DNA of 64,000 nt from Chiloscyllium plagiosum. Its lineage: Eukaryota. The DNA lies in the NCBI RefSeq assembly GCF_004010195.1, contig NC_057719.1:3045797-3109796 (forward strand). The letters run 5' to 3'. The notes beneath the pieces are model-generated. The model searched no databases. It was not told where the DNA came from and was given only the letters and a program-made list of their open reading frames with translations. This document shows positions 11,447 through 24,365 of the stretch, in pieces (position 1 is the first letter of the stretch; every line of letters begins with the position of its first letter). The translations under genes and the position numbers were made by a program.

Positions 11447-12669
11447 AAGAAAAAAATTCAACCTTGAATTTAATGAGAGGCGGTATTTGAGAAAAATGGG
11501 GAAGGGGTGAAGATAGGCTTGACATTTTTGGTGAGGAAGTGAGTCAGAAGCGTCGATCAATAAAAGTGCATGCATTTGCTGAAACTAGTGATCTGTCCTT
11601 AATGCTACTTTAATAAAGTCCTCCCATGGGACCAATTCCACTCTCCTTTATTAGGGATGACGTAAGGCCATTTAAACCATGTGACTAGCACTTGACAGTT
11701 AACACCCTACAATAAGAGTTTACTATCAGGCTTATCACTGCTCTCTTATTTCATATTCATTTTATTTTTGAATTCAGAAGCCAGCTGGGCTCAGTACCTT
11801 GGTGTGGAGCTGGTAGCATCACTGTTCAGTTTCTCTGTGCTCACTTGTTTCCCTATCTGGAAGCAGTTAGGTGTTGAACAGTGAAACTGTCTGTGTTATT
11901 GATTCACAGAGTTACTCTCTGGGTTGCACGAGCTGTGTTTCCTTGTGGTTTGCTTACAACAAGACAATGCTAACAGGGTCTATTTTTAGCCCAGAGCCCA
12001 GTTTAAAACAAGATTGTCATTAATCAACATGTTCAGAATTTCAGGGGCACGAGCAGCTGTGACAGCAACTGTCTCAACATAAAGACTTCAAATTGGACAG
12101 GATCATCACTGGAAATGCAACCTTTCCAAATGAAATTAGGCAGGTGCAGTTTATCTGGAGATTAATCCCATTAAGTAGACACTAATCATCTCAGTGAATG
12201 GAAAAGGCTTCATGTGATAAGATAGGGAGATGGCTGGCATTTTATCTCCCATCCCTCCCTCCACATCTGTGGGGATCTCATAGTGAAGCCCTTAGATTGT
12301 GATCCCATTTGCCAGTCAGGAGATATTTCAGATTCCTGTCATTGACAGGCTGCTAATTAAGTGCAAAACGGGCTATTTTTATACAAAGCGTAGGAGTAAC
12401 CTTGAGTGAAGGCCATACTGGAACATATAACTATACAGAACTGAATGTCCCAGACTGAGGCTAAATCTGACTCTGTGAAGTGGAAAATAGGTGACAATAC
12501 TGTGCATAACAGCTTCTTTGACCTTTCTCTCTGTTTTTAGTCACAGCGGCTTCAGTGGGGAAAGGTATGAAAGTGTGTTTTAGAGACAGAATTACCTCCA
12601 ATTGTCTGTGGAATAGGACTGACCATCCTAATACTTGCTGTATATTGCATGAACTGTCTGGAATCGGTG

Positions 12670-14620
12670 TAAACTAGGAGCAGAAATAGTCTATTCAGCC
12701 ACCCAAATCTGCTCCATCATTCAAAAAGATCATGGCTTATTTATTTGATTTTTCAGTTTCACATTTCTACCTAACTCTAATAACCATTGATTCCCCAGTC
12801 TAACAAAAATCTATCTGAGGCAGAAAGTTCCAAATCCACACAACCCCTTCTTTGAGGTAAACATTCTCCCCATCTCTGTCGTAAAACTGCAATCTTTAAT
12901 TTTCAAACAATGCTCTAACTCTGGAATCTCCCACAAGAGGAAATGTCTTTTCCATGTCTATCTCATCAAGACCATTCAGAACCTTTTATACTTTAATCAA
13001 GTCACCATACACTCTTCTGTACAATATTGGATACATGCCCAGCCCATCTAACCCTTTCTCATAAAACAAAGGCACGTTTGGGATGTCAAACTCATAAACC
13101 ACCTCCTCACCCCGCCCTCCAAACCACTTACATCCTTCCTTAAATAAGGAGACCAAAACATATGTGTTTGAGATGTGGTCTCATCAATGTTATGTGTAAA
13201 TGAAACATAACCTTTTTAATTCAATGTTCAAGTTATAGAGTCATAGAGCTGTACAGCTTGGAAACAGACCCTTTGGTCCAAATTATCCATGTCGACCAGA
13301 TACCTAAATTAATCTAGTCCCATTCAACAGAATTTGGCCCATCTCCCTCTAAACTCTTTCTATTCATATACCTATCCAGATACCTCTTGAATGCTGTAAT
13401 TGTACCAGTCTCCACCACCTCCTCTGGCAGCTCATTCCATACATGCACGACCCTCAGTCTGAAAAAGTTGCCCCTTAGCTCCCTTTTAACTCTTTCCCCT
13501 CTCACCTTAAACCTATGCCTTCTAGTTTTGGACTCCCATACCCTGGGGAAAAGACCTTGGCTATTCACCCTATCCATTCCCCTCATGATTTTACAAACCC
13601 TTACAAGATCACTTCTCAGCCTCTAATGCTCCAATGCCCCAGCCTATTCAGCCTCTTCCTACGACTGAAACCCTCCATCCCAAGTATCATCATAATAAAG
13701 ATAGCATTCCATTGACATTTTTAATTACTTGCTAGACCTGTATACCAATGTTTTGCGGCTCATGCACTTGAATGCCTACATTCCTCTGCACTGTGGAACT
13801 CTGCTGTCATTTTCTTTTTAAGTAATACTCTGCTTTTCCATTCTTCCTGGCAAAGTGAACAACTTCACATCTGTCCACATTCTCCTTTGCCCTCTCACTC
13901 AAATGTTCACCTTGATCCTTGTGACCTCGTCACAACATTGTTTCCCTTTTATCTTTGTGTCACTTGCAATTTTATTTACTATATCTTCACTTCCTTCACG
14001 TAAGTCATTGATATTAATTGTTAAAATGTTGACAGCCCAGTACCGTGCAACTCCACCTGTCAATTTCTATGCAAAAATATCTATTTCTGCATAGTCTCTT
14101 TTTCCTTTCAGGCAGCCAATCTACTCTCCATATTGATATATTACCCCCTATATCATAAACTCCAACTTTAAGAACCTTTAATTTGACACCTTGTGAAATG
14201 TCTTCTGGAAATCAAATCAATGAGCTCCCCTTTATCCACAGCACATATTTTTCTTCAAAAAAATCCAATAAATTGGTTAAACATGAATTTCCTTTCACAA
14301 AACCACGCCTACTTCTCCAATTACCTTGCGTTTATCTAAGTGCCCAGCTATAACATCCTTAATTTTCAATTCTAACATCTTCCATCTGACAGATATCCAG
14401 CAACTGGTAAGAATTTCCTGTTCCCTGCCTCCAATTCCTTCTTGAGCACGTAAGTTATATTTGCTTCTTTCCAGTCTGATGAAACGTTTCCTGAATCAAG
14501 AAAATTTTAGAAAAATAGCACAAACTCATCTATTACATCATCAGCCACCACTTTTAAGATCCTTGGTTCAAGTTCATCTGGGTCTAGAGACTTGTCAGTC
14601 CCCAGCTCCATCAGTTTGCT
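12670..14620 (-). mobile_element. Old CR1 LINE with a younger HER1-like 3' fragment nested at about 13235-13690
   Basis: ORF 13314-13586 RGMDRVNSQGLFPRV..FKVRGER..VWNELPEEVV; ORF 14507-14791 ends DKSLDPDELEPRILKVVA. Confidence 0.85.
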
Positions 14621-14631
14621 TAGTAATTGTT

Positions 14632-15720
14632 TGATTGGTTGATTGATAATTCTCACATGGACTGAAGTACACTGAAAAGTGTTGTTTTGCGTGCTATACG
14701 AGCAGATTGTGCCATACAAAGTCAGGGTAGCAGAACAGAGTGCAGAATACAGTGTTACATCCACAGAGAATGTGTAGAGAGAGATCAACATTAATGTTTG
14801 ACAGGTCCATTCAGAAGTCTAATAATGACAGTGAAGAAGCTGTTCTTGAATCTGTTCGCATATGTATTCAAAGCTTTATATCCGCTGCCTGACAGAAGGG
14901 GATGGAAGAGAGCATAACTGGGGTGAGAGGGCTCTTTGATGATGTTGAGATCAGAGTGGTGCTGGAAAAGCACAGCAGGTCATGCAGCATCCGAGGAGCA
15001 GGAAAATCGATGTTTTGGGGGATAGGTGGGTAGGGAGATTGGCAGGCAGGACAGGTCATGGGGACGGTTCTGAGCTGGAAGGTTGGAACTGAGGTAAGCT
15101 GCTGGGAGGGGAAATGAGGAAACTGGTGAAGTCCACCTTGATGCCCTGGGGTTGAAGTGTTCCGAGGTGGAAGATGAGGCGTCTTCCTCCAGGCGTCGGG
15201 TGGTGAGGGAGTGGAGGTGGAAGAGGCCCAGGACCTGCATGTCTTCGGCAGAGTGGGAGGGGAAGTTGAAATGTTGGGCCACGGATTGGTTGATTGGTGC
15301 GGGTGTCCCAGAGATGTTCCCTGAAGTGCTCCGTGAGGAGGCGTCCAGTCTCCCCAGTGTAGAGGAGGCTGCATCGGGAGCATTGGATACAGTAAGTGAC
15401 ATTGGTGGATGTGCAGATGAATGATGATGTTGGTTGCTTTCCTAAGGCAGTGGGAAGTATAGATGGAGTCAGTGGTTGGAAGGCGTTTTGCTTGCTGGAC
15501 TGGGCTGCGTTCATAACTCTCTGTAGTTTCTTGTGGTCTTGGGAAGAGCAGTTCCCATACCACGCTGTGACGCATCCAGATAGGATGCTCTCTATGGTGC
15601 ATCTATAAGAATTGGTAAGAGTCCTTGTGGACATGTTGAAATTCTTTAACTTCCTGACGAAGAAGAGAAGTTGTTGTGCTTTCTTGGCTGTCACATCGAC
15701 ATGGGTGGGCCAGGACGACT
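14632..15720 (-). mobile_element. Rex1/Babar LINE 3' fragment interrupted by a Penelope-like element
   Basis: KKAQQLLFFVRKLK..YRCTIESILSGCVTAWYGNCS; NIIKEPSHPSYALFHPLLSG..RFKNSFF. Confidence 0.9.
14948..15421 (-). mobile_element. Penelope-like element (GIY-YIG region plus terminal repeat), family B
   Basis: FICTSTNVTYCIQCSRCSLLYTGETGRLLTEHFREHL; LIFHLGTLQPQGI; 11-bp TSD TGATGATGTTG at 14937-14947 and 15422-15432. Confidence 0.92.
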
Positions 15721-15723
15721 GCT

Positions 15724-15854
15724 AGGCGAAAGTGAATACTGCAAATGCTGGAGATCAGAGTCAAGATTAGCGTAGTGCCGGAAAAGCACAGCAGGTCAGG
15801 CAGCATCCAAGGAGCAAGAAAATTGACGTTTTGGGCAAACGTCCTTCATCAGGA
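15724..15854 (-). mobile_element. Family B terminal-repeat fragment with a decayed hammerhead
   Basis: Minus strand CTGATGAAGGACGTTTGCCCAAAACGTC (GAAA decayed to AAAA). Confidence 0.8.
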
Positions 15855-16399
15855 GAGATTTCTAGCAATCATCACCCCCAGAATTGATGTGTACCTGATG
15901 ATTCCTTCCTTCTCCCTTCTCATTTACAATGTTTTCGTATCCTTTATAGTGAAGACAGAAACAATATCGCAATGACTATGTTTTCATTTGCAATTAGTAA
16001 ATGTTGTTTCTATTCTCAGCTTCTGTTGTAACTTTAGTGAATATCGCACCATATGCTCATTCTATTGAAAAAAAACTGTTATCTTTCCACTTCATCCAAA
16101 TTTTGCCAAGTATGTAGAGAGACATTATCCTTTAGTGCAGTTTCTTGTTCAAAAAATATTTTCATCATTGTGAAACTTTAAATTCCAATGATTCAATTTG
16201 ATTCTGTTGAAGAATTAATAATTGAACGCAAGTTATAAAACAGCATTATAAATATTTCAGGAAGGTAATTGTTATCTGTGATCCTCCATTGCTGCCAAGA
16301 TACCTCCATCCTGATATTTTACTTGTGAAACTAGCTGCACTTACTCCCAGGAGAGTGTAGACTAACTGACATTACCATCAAGATTAAGGTTGCTAATGG

Positions 16400-17820
16400 A
16401 ATGGAGATAGAGATAGTGGGAGAGATTGCTTTAATGTTTCAATCTTCCGTCAATATCAGGAAGATGCTAAAAGAGTAGGAAATGACAACTGTGACCCTCC
16501 TAATGTGAAGAAAGCCCGAGTATATATGGACCATAAGTCTATCAGCACACCCAGGTTACATTCTAGAATCTTTAATTAGGAAAAAGAACATTAACAGGCA
16601 CTTGAGTGATTTCAGGAGAGCCAGTACTTAGCTGAAGGCAGATCATGCTTGGACTGTTCACAACTTATGTAGATGATTTGGTGTTAGGGACCATGTGTAG
16701 TGTGTCATAGTTTGCAGATGACACTAAGATGAGTGGTAGAGCAAAGTGTGCAGAGGACTGTGAAACTTTGCAGAGGAACACAGATACCTTAAGCGACTCA
16801 GCAAAGGTCTGGCAGATGGAATACAATGTTAATAAATATGAAAGTTAAAAATCACATAGCACCAGTTATAGTCCAACACATTTACTTTGGAGCACCAGCT
16901 TTCAGAATGCTACTTCTTTGTCAGCCCTCTGAAAACTAGTGCTTCCAAATACAACCGTTGGACTATAACCTGGTTTTGTGTAATTTTTAACTTTGCACAC
17001 CCCAGTCCAACACCAGCTCCTTCACATAATAAATGTGAAGTCATCCATTTTGGTAGGAGTAACAGTAAAAAGAATTATTATTTGAATGGTAAAAAGTTGC
17101 AGCATGCTGCTATGCAGAGGGACCTGGGTGTCCTTGTGCATGAATCACAGAAGGTTGGTCTGCAGGTACAACAGGTAACTAAGAAGGCAAATGGAATTTT
17201 ATCTTTCATTGCTAAAGGGATTGAGTTTAAAAGCAGGAAGGTTATGTTGCAGCTGTACAGGGTGCTGGTGAGGCCACACCTGGAGTACTGCATGCAGTTT
17301 TGGTCTCCTTACTTGAGAAAGGATGGACTGACACTGGAGGGGGTGCAGAGGAGGTTCGCTAGGTTGATTCCGGAGTTGAGGGAGTTAGCTTATTAGGAGA
17401 GACTGAGTAAACTGGGATTATATTCATGGGAATTTAGAAGAATGAGGGAGGATCTTATAGAAACATATAAAATTATGAAGGGAATAGATAAGATAGAAGT
17501 CGAGACGATGTTTCCACTGGAGGTGAAACTAGGATAAGGGGGAGCAGATTTAGGACTGATTTGAGAAAGAACTTATTCACCCAAAAATTTGAGACTCTGT
17601 GGAATTCCTTGCCCAGGGAAGTAGTTTACACTACATCAGTAAACTTCAGTTTTTAAAGCTAAGGTAGATTTTTTTGAACAATAAAGGGAATCAAAGGATA
17701 CGGTGAGAGGGTGATTAAGTGGAGCTGAGTCCACGAAAAGATCAGCCATGATCATATTGAATGGTGGAGAAGGCTCGGGGGACAGACCGCCTACACCTGT
17801 TCCTAGTTCTTATGTTCTAT
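16400..17820 (+). mobile_element. CR1 LINE RT/3' fragment with a family D foldback inserted at 16843-17026
   Basis: FADDTKM near 16711-16731; ORF 16887-17396 NKCEVIHFGRSN..LYRVLVRPHLEYCMQFWSP; insert TSD TAATAAAT(A/G)TGAA at 16830-16842 and 17027-17039. Confidence 0.9.
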
Positions 17821-17894
17821 CAAATTGCATTTGTTGATGAAGTAACAGAGAAGTTTGTGGAAAGGAATGCTCTGATGTTGTAGACAGGGATCTT

Positions 17895-18525
17895 TTGTTT
17901 AATCACTTGTGGACCATGGGCACTACTGACTGGGCTGGCATTCATTTCCTATCCCTAGTTGTATCTTGAGAAGATGGGGGTGAGCTGCCTTCCTGAACCT
18001 CTACTGTAGATTAGCCCACAATGCTCTTAGGGAGGGAATTCCAGGATTTTCATCCAGTGACACTGGAGGAGCGTTGATATTTTTCCAAGTTGGATTGATG
18101 ATTGGCTCAGAGGGGAACGTGTAGGGGGTGGCATTCCATTTATCTGCTGCCTCTTGTCCTTGGTGGAAGTGGCTATAGGTTTGAAAGGTGCTGTCTGAGG
18201 ATGTTTGGTGAGTTTCTGTAGTGCGTCTTGTAGATGGTACACACTGCTGCTACTGGGCAACAGTGGTGGAGGGAGTGGATGTTTGTGGACGTGGTGCCAA
18301 TCAAGTGGGCTGCTTTGTTCTTGAGTTAGAGCTGCACCCAACCATGCACATGAGGAGTACTCTGTCACACTCCGTTGAGTTTCTGGTCAATGGTAACCTC
18401 AAAGATGTTGACAGTGAGGGGGGGTGAGAGGCTGGGGGCAGTTTAAGTGAAGGTAATACCATTGAATATAAAGGGGCAGTGATTTGATTATTTTTTATTG
18501 GTGATAGACAATGCCTGGCATTTGT
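17895..18525 (-). mobile_element. CR1/L2-like LINE 3' fragment (tail partner of the second SINE family)
   Basis: ORF 18027-18368 begins EYSSCAWLGAA; tail (minus) CTAGGGATAGGAAATGAATGCCAGCCCAG. Confidence 0.75.
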
Positions 18526-18634
18526 AGGGCCCTATTCTCTTCCTACTTACCGTTTTGTCCAATGTATTTATAAAAACCCATTGGATTCTCCTTAACCGTA
18601 TTATGATTCAGCAACCAGGCAGTATCCTGTGTAT

Positions 18635-18711
18635 GAGCTGAAAAATGTATTGCTGGAAAAGTGCAGCAGGTCAGGCAGCATCCAAGGAGCAGGAGAATCA
18701 TTTTGGGCATA
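18635..18711 (-). mobile_element. 77-bp family B terminal-repeat insertion
   Basis: 14-bp TSD AGTATCCTGTGTAT at 18621-18634 and 18712-18725. Confidence 0.85.
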
Positions 18712-19502
18712 AGTATCCTGTGTATAACTGCTTTTCTTCAAACAATGTGGTTTGGGCATATCAACATGCAGTCACAACATGGAGTTCCCGGATTCTGACC
18801 CAGTGACAGTGAAGCAATGGTGACATCATTAAGTCAGGATGGTGAGTGGCTCGGAGGGGAATTTACGGATGGTGGTGTTCCCTAGAATCTGCTGCCCTTG
18901 TCCTATGGGGTAGTAGAGGTCACAGGTTTGGGAGGTGCTGCCAGAGGAGCCTTAATAAAATGCCACCCACATTCCAGGAACAAATTACAAAAACGACATG
19001 ACCCTGCAGGGGAACGAGGTTTAATATTTAATGAGAAGAAAACTTAATATTTAATGATTTGGCTGTCACTCTGAATAAATGGCAGGGGAATCTCTTGATG
19101 GTTCACAGAGTGTCGTGGATTTAGAAGATCAGATACAGCGTGGTATGTTCAAGCAGACTGAGTAATGAGGTGTTCCTCATGGTTGGAAAATACTCTCAAA
19201 GCCAATAAGTGACATATAAAGAAATGAGCTAGCAGGCCTGTTATATATACAGTGATTCCTCAAAGTCTTACACAGAATTTACAGCATGGAATTACATCAG
19301 TCCAGCCAACTAGTCTACACTGGTGTTTCTGGTCAACATAAAACTCGTCACAACCATCTTAATTTCACCTTTTCAATATATTCTTCCTCATATACATAGG
19401 AACTTCGACTAAATGTATTTATACACTTCACCTTGATGGATCCACAGAGTAGCTGATTCCACATTCAGACTACTTTCTGGGTAAAGGCTGTTCTCCTAAA
19501 TT

Positions 19503-19640
19503 GGAGATAGTGAAGACTGCAGATGCTGAAAAGTCAGAGCTGAGAAAGTGTGAAGCTGGGAAAAGCAGTCCTGATGACAGGTCCCACCTTGAAACATTGA
19601 CTTGCCTGCTTGACCTGCTGTGTGTTTCCCACCTCCGCAC
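19503..19640. mobile_element. Rearranged Penelope-like terminal-repeat fragment with a hammerhead-like motif
   Basis: CTGATGA-C-AGGT-CCC-ACCT-T-GAAAC-ATT at 19571-19598. Confidence 0.6.
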
Positions 19641-19789
19641 AATTTCTTCTGAATTCCCAAGGGAATTTATTAGTAGCACTGTATTACATATTTTTTAATC
19701 AAGCACGAGGAGACACAGAAACAAACTTGACAAAGTCATGATCAAATGGTGGAGCAGACCTGATTGGCCAAATGGCTGTTCTGTGTTTC

Positions 19790-22700
19790 AGGTGAGAGTC
19801 CCGAAGGTTGTGTTGCCTGCCTGGTGCTCAGGTTCAGGATACCTCATCTGGGTTGCAGAGGAACCTGGAGTGGGAGGCTAAAGATCCGGTCCTCATGGTC
19901 CACATAGGTATCAATGACATAGATAAAACTGGGGCAGTGGGTCTGCTCTGGGAGCATGAACAGCTAAGAGCTAAATTAAAAAGCAGAACCAAAAAGGGAA
20001 TAATCTCTGGATTACTACTTGAGCCACGAGCTAATTGGCACAGGGTCAGTAAGATTTAGCAGGTAAATACATGGCTCAGAGATTAGTGTGGGAGAAATGG
20101 GTTCAAATTCGTGGGACCTTGGCACCAGTACTGGGGAAGAAGGAACCAGTTCCAATGGGGCGGTCTGCAACTGAACCGTGTGAGGACCAGAGTCCCAGCA
20201 AATCACCTAACCAGGGCCGTAGACTGGGCTTTAAACTAAACTGATTGGGAAATGTGGGGAGTGGGTGGGTAAGGTGGGAATGGTGGGGGAAACGGTTCAG
20301 TTATAGGGGAAATTAGAAAACCTGAATTAAAGGAGGAGGTAAGAGTGCAGAACTCAGGAGAGGTTATTAAAATCTCCAGCACAGACATAAATAGGACAGA
20401 GCACATAGCAATCAAACCTCAAGCACACTATTAAAAATCACGCAACACCAGGTTGTACTCCAACAGGTTTAATTGGGAGCACTAGCTTTTGGAGCTCCGC
20501 TCCTTCATCAGACAATCACCTGGTGAAGGAGCAGTGCTCCGAAAGCTAGTGCTCCCAATTAAACCTGTTGGACTATAACCTGGTGTTGTGTGATTTTTAA
20601 TGTTGTACACCCCACTCCAACACCATCATCTCCAATTCAAACACACTGGATGAACGAATGACAATGAGAAGAGGGATGGTTAATACAGGACTGAAGGTGT
20701 TATATCTGAATGTGCGCAGTATAAGGAATAAGGTAAATGAGCTTGTGGCGCAGATCAAAATTGGCAGGTATGACGTAGTGGGCATTATGGAGACATGGAT
20801 GCAATAGGATCAGGACTGGGAGCTGAACATTCATGGATATACATCCTATCGAAAAGGTGGGCAGAGAGGGTAGGGTTGACTTATTAGTAAGAAATGAAAT
20901 TAAATCAATAGTAAGAAACAAAGTAGGTTCAGATTGTGTGGAATGTGTGTGGATTGAATTGAGGAACCACAAAGGTTTTTTTACCCATAGTTGGAGTTAT
21001 GCATAGGCCTCCAAACAGTAATCAGGAGCTGGGGCACAAGATACACCAGAAGGTAGAAAGGATGTGTAGGAAAGGCAAAATTACAGTGATCATGGGGGAT
21101 TCAATATGCAAGTGGACTGGGAGAATCAGGTTGGTAGCAGTCTGCAAGAAAAGGAATTTGTGGAATGTTTATGAGTTGGCTTTTTGGAGCAGCTTGTGGT
21201 GGAGCCCACTTGGGACTAGGCAATACTGGATTTAGTGCTGTGCAATGAGGCAGACTTGATAAAGGAGCTTAAGGTGAAGGAACGCTTAGGAGGCAGTGAT
21301 TATAATATGATAGAATTTACACTGCATTTTGAGAGGGAGAAGACAGAGTCAGAGGTAACGGTATTACAGCTGAATAAAGGCAACTACAGAGGCATTAGGG
21401 AGGAGCTGGGTAGAACTGACTGGGAGAGGGGCCTAGCAGGAGAGACAGTGGAACAGCAATGGCTGGAGTTTCTGGGAGTAATTCAGGAGACACAGTAGAG
21501 ATTCATCCCAAGGGGAAAAAAAGCATGGTACAGGGAGGATGAGGCAACCATGGCTGACTAGGGAAGTCAGGGACAGCATAAAAGCAAAAGAGAAAGCACA
21601 TAAAGTAGTGAAGGGCAGTGGGAAACCAGAGGATTGGGAAACTTACAAAGACCAACGAAGAGCTACAAAAAAACAAAATAAGGAGGGAGAAGATTAAATA
21701 TGAACGTAAGGTAGCCAGTAATATAAAGGAAGACTTTAAGACTTTCTTTCGATATATAAAGAGCCAAAGAGAGGCAAAAGTGGACATTGGGAAAATGACA
21801 CTGGAGAGATAGTGGGAAACAAAGAAATGGCTGAGGAACTGAATAATTACTTTGCATCAGTCTTCACAGTGGAAGACACGAGTAATTTCCCAAACATTCA
21901 AGAGAGTCAAGAGTTAGGGCAAAGTATGGTGGTCATTAACAAGGAGAAGTGCTGGAAAAACAGAATAGCCTGAAGGTAGATAAATCACCTGGACTAGATG
22001 GTCTGCACCCCAGAGTTCTAAAGGAGATAGCTGAAGAGATAGTGGAGGCATTATCGATGATCTTTCAGGAATCACTGCAATCAGAGACAGTCCTAGAGGA
22101 CTGTAAAATCACTAACATGTTTTTAAAAATGGAGTAAGTCAAAAGATGGAAAATTACAGACTGATGAGCATAACCTTGGTCATGGGTAAGATCCTGTAAT
22201 CCCATTGTGAAGGATGGGATTTCTGAATATTTGGAAGTGTATGGCAAAATAGGGCAAAGTCAGCATGGTTTCATCAAGGGGAGGTCATGCCTGACAAATC
22301 TGTTTGAATTGTTTGAGGAAGTAACAACCAGGTTAGACCAAGGAGAGCCAATGGATATTGTCTAAGTGGACTTCAAGAAAGCCTTTGACAAGGTGCGGTA
22401 CAGAGGGCTACTGAGTGAGGTAAGGGCCCATGGTGTTAGAGGCAAGGTGCTAGCATAGATAGAAGCTTAGCTGTCTGGCAGAAAGCAGAGAGTGAGGATA
22501 AAAGGGTCCTTCTCAGGATGGCAGCCGGTGACAAGTGATGTTCCGCAAGCAGGGTCCCAACATCCCCAGCAGGGATGTTGGGACCATAACTTTTTACTTT
22601 ATACATTAACGACCTAGATGATGAAACTAAGGAAATTCTGACGAAGTTTGCAGATGACATAAAGATAGAGAGAGGGACAAGTAGCATTGAGGAGGTGGGG

Positions 22701-23572
22701 AGGCTGCAGCAAGATTTGGACAGGTCAGGAGAATGGGCAAAGAAGTGGCAGCTGGAGTACAATGTGGGAAAGTGTGAGGTTATACACTTTGGTAGGAAGA
22801 ATGGAGGCATGGAGTATTTTCTAAATGGGGAAATTCATAAATCTGAAGTGCAAAGAGACTTGGGAGTTCTAGTCCAGAATTCTCTCAGGGTAAACTTGCA
22901 GGTTGAGTCAGTGGTTAGGAAGGCAAATGAAATGATGGCATTTATTTTGAGAGGAATTGAATATAAAAGCAGGGATGTACTTTTGAGGCTCTATAAGGCT
23001 TTGGTCAGGCCATATTTGGAATAATGTGTGCAGTTTTGGGGCCCATATCTCAGGAAGGATGTACTGGCCCTGGAGCGTGTTCAGAGGAGGTTCACGAGAA
23101 TGGTTCCAGGAATTAAAAGCTTAACATATGAGGAATGTTTGAGGGCTCTGGGTCTGTATTCAATGAAGTTTAGAAGAATGGGGGGGGGGGAGATCTAATT
23201 GAAACATACAAAATACTGAATGGCCTGGACAGAGTGGACATTGGGAAGATGTTTCCATTGGTAGGAGAGATTAGGGCCTGAGGCCACAGCCTTAGAGTAA
23301 AGGGAAAACCTTTTAGAACGGAGAGAAGAAGAAACTTCTTCAGCCAGAGAGTGGGGAAGCTATGGAATTCATTGCCACAGAAGACTATGGAGGCCAGGTC
23401 ATTGAGTGTATTTAAGACTGAAATAGATAGATTCTTAATTGTCAAGGGGATCAAGGGTTATGGGGAGAAAGCAGGAGAATGGAGTTGAGAAACTTATCAG
23501 CCATGATTGAATGGTGGAGCAGACTCGATGGGCTGAACGGCCTAATTTCTGCTCCTATGTGTTATGGTCTAA
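19790..23572 (+). mobile_element. Near full-length degenerate CR1 LINE: ORF1 esterase region, APE endonuclease, RT and 3' tail
   Basis: CCLPGAQVQD..VHIGINDI (ORF1 esterase-like); LKVLYLNVRSIRNKVNEL..VGIMETW at about 20690-20800; KSPGLDGLHPRVLKE; QHGFIKGRSCLTNL; KFADD near 22644-22658; tail CTGCTCCTATGTGTTATGGTCT; many stops and frameshifts. Confidence 0.93.
20430..20636. mobile_element. Family D foldback mini-element with two opposed, each mutated, hammerhead motifs
   Basis: About 80-bp inverted arms 20431-20511 and 20520-20600; minus CTGATGAAGGAGCGGAGCTCCAAAAGCTA, plus CTGGTGAAGGAGCAGTGCTCCGAAAGCTA; TSD TCAA(G/A)CACACT at 20419-20429 and 20637-20647. Confidence 0.88.
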
Positions 23573-24331
23573 TTCTGCTCCTACATTCTATGCTCTTAAG
23601 GTGATGACGCTGGATTGATATCTAGAAATGATAAATCATAAAATAGTAAGTATTTAGAAGATGTGAAATAAACTACTCGAGCAGTGGAAAAACTCTGGAA
23701 TCATTTCCTGTACTGAGTGTTACAATCTTGTCAGATGAATGAATTAAATTAGGCCAATGACCTTGCAGCCATATTGTGATCTTGTATTATTTCAGGCAAT
23801 GGGAAACTTTTTGAGATTAAACACCCTTCTCTTTTAACTGAACAGCTCTCTCTGTCTCTTCTTAGTTTAAAGAGCAGAGGAGTGGGGTTCTTGTGGCATG
23901 GTCATAGTGCCCCTACATTTGGACTGAGAGGCCTGAGTTTAACTTGCACCTGATGTGTAATAATATCTCTAAACCGGTTGATTTAACAAAAGCCCAAAGA
24001 AAAGCAGTTCCCAGTGTGATTTGTGTTATTTGTTTCAAAATAATCATCCTATTGAATGAGAAGCCCAAAAGACATGCATCATCTTGCATTTTTGGAGTGA
24101 TAGGACTTTTGTCACACTAGCTCAATACACTCAATAAATGTTGGATTTATGCAGAGGTAGCACTGACACACTGAACAATAAATAAATTTATCACCAAAAC
24201 TGTTTGGTGACAAAAGCCCCTGCATTCAAGTAGCACCAAGACACTTAAAACAAGACTTGTTTTGTACTCACTAGCAGGCCTGGTGATTACTAACCAACTG
24301 CTAGTTAACACTAAGCTTAGTGACTACATAG

Positions 24332-24365
24332 ATAAAAACAATGACTGCAGATGCTGGAAACCAGA
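24332..24365 (-). mobile_element. 34-bp Penelope-like terminus micro-insertion
   Basis: ATAAAAACAATGACTGCAGATGCTGGAAACCAGA between perfect 16-bp repeats CTTAGTGACTACATAG at 24316-24331 and 24366-24381. Confidence 0.85.

Noticed and set aside
10897..11575. 152-aa and 118-aa minus-strand ORFs
   Set aside because: Low-complexity translations of a probable non-coding repeat with no recognisable domain
15056..15694. 212-aa ORF joining a Rex1 C-terminal region to a GIY-YIG motif, resembling a novel LINE-nuclease fusion
   Set aside because: Chance read-through across a nested insertion: the Penelope piece is bounded by an 11-bp TSD, and both parts contain frameshifts
16887..17396. 169-aa ORF
   Set aside because: The N-terminus is a translated family D insert and the rest is a truncated CR1 fragment ending in a premature stop
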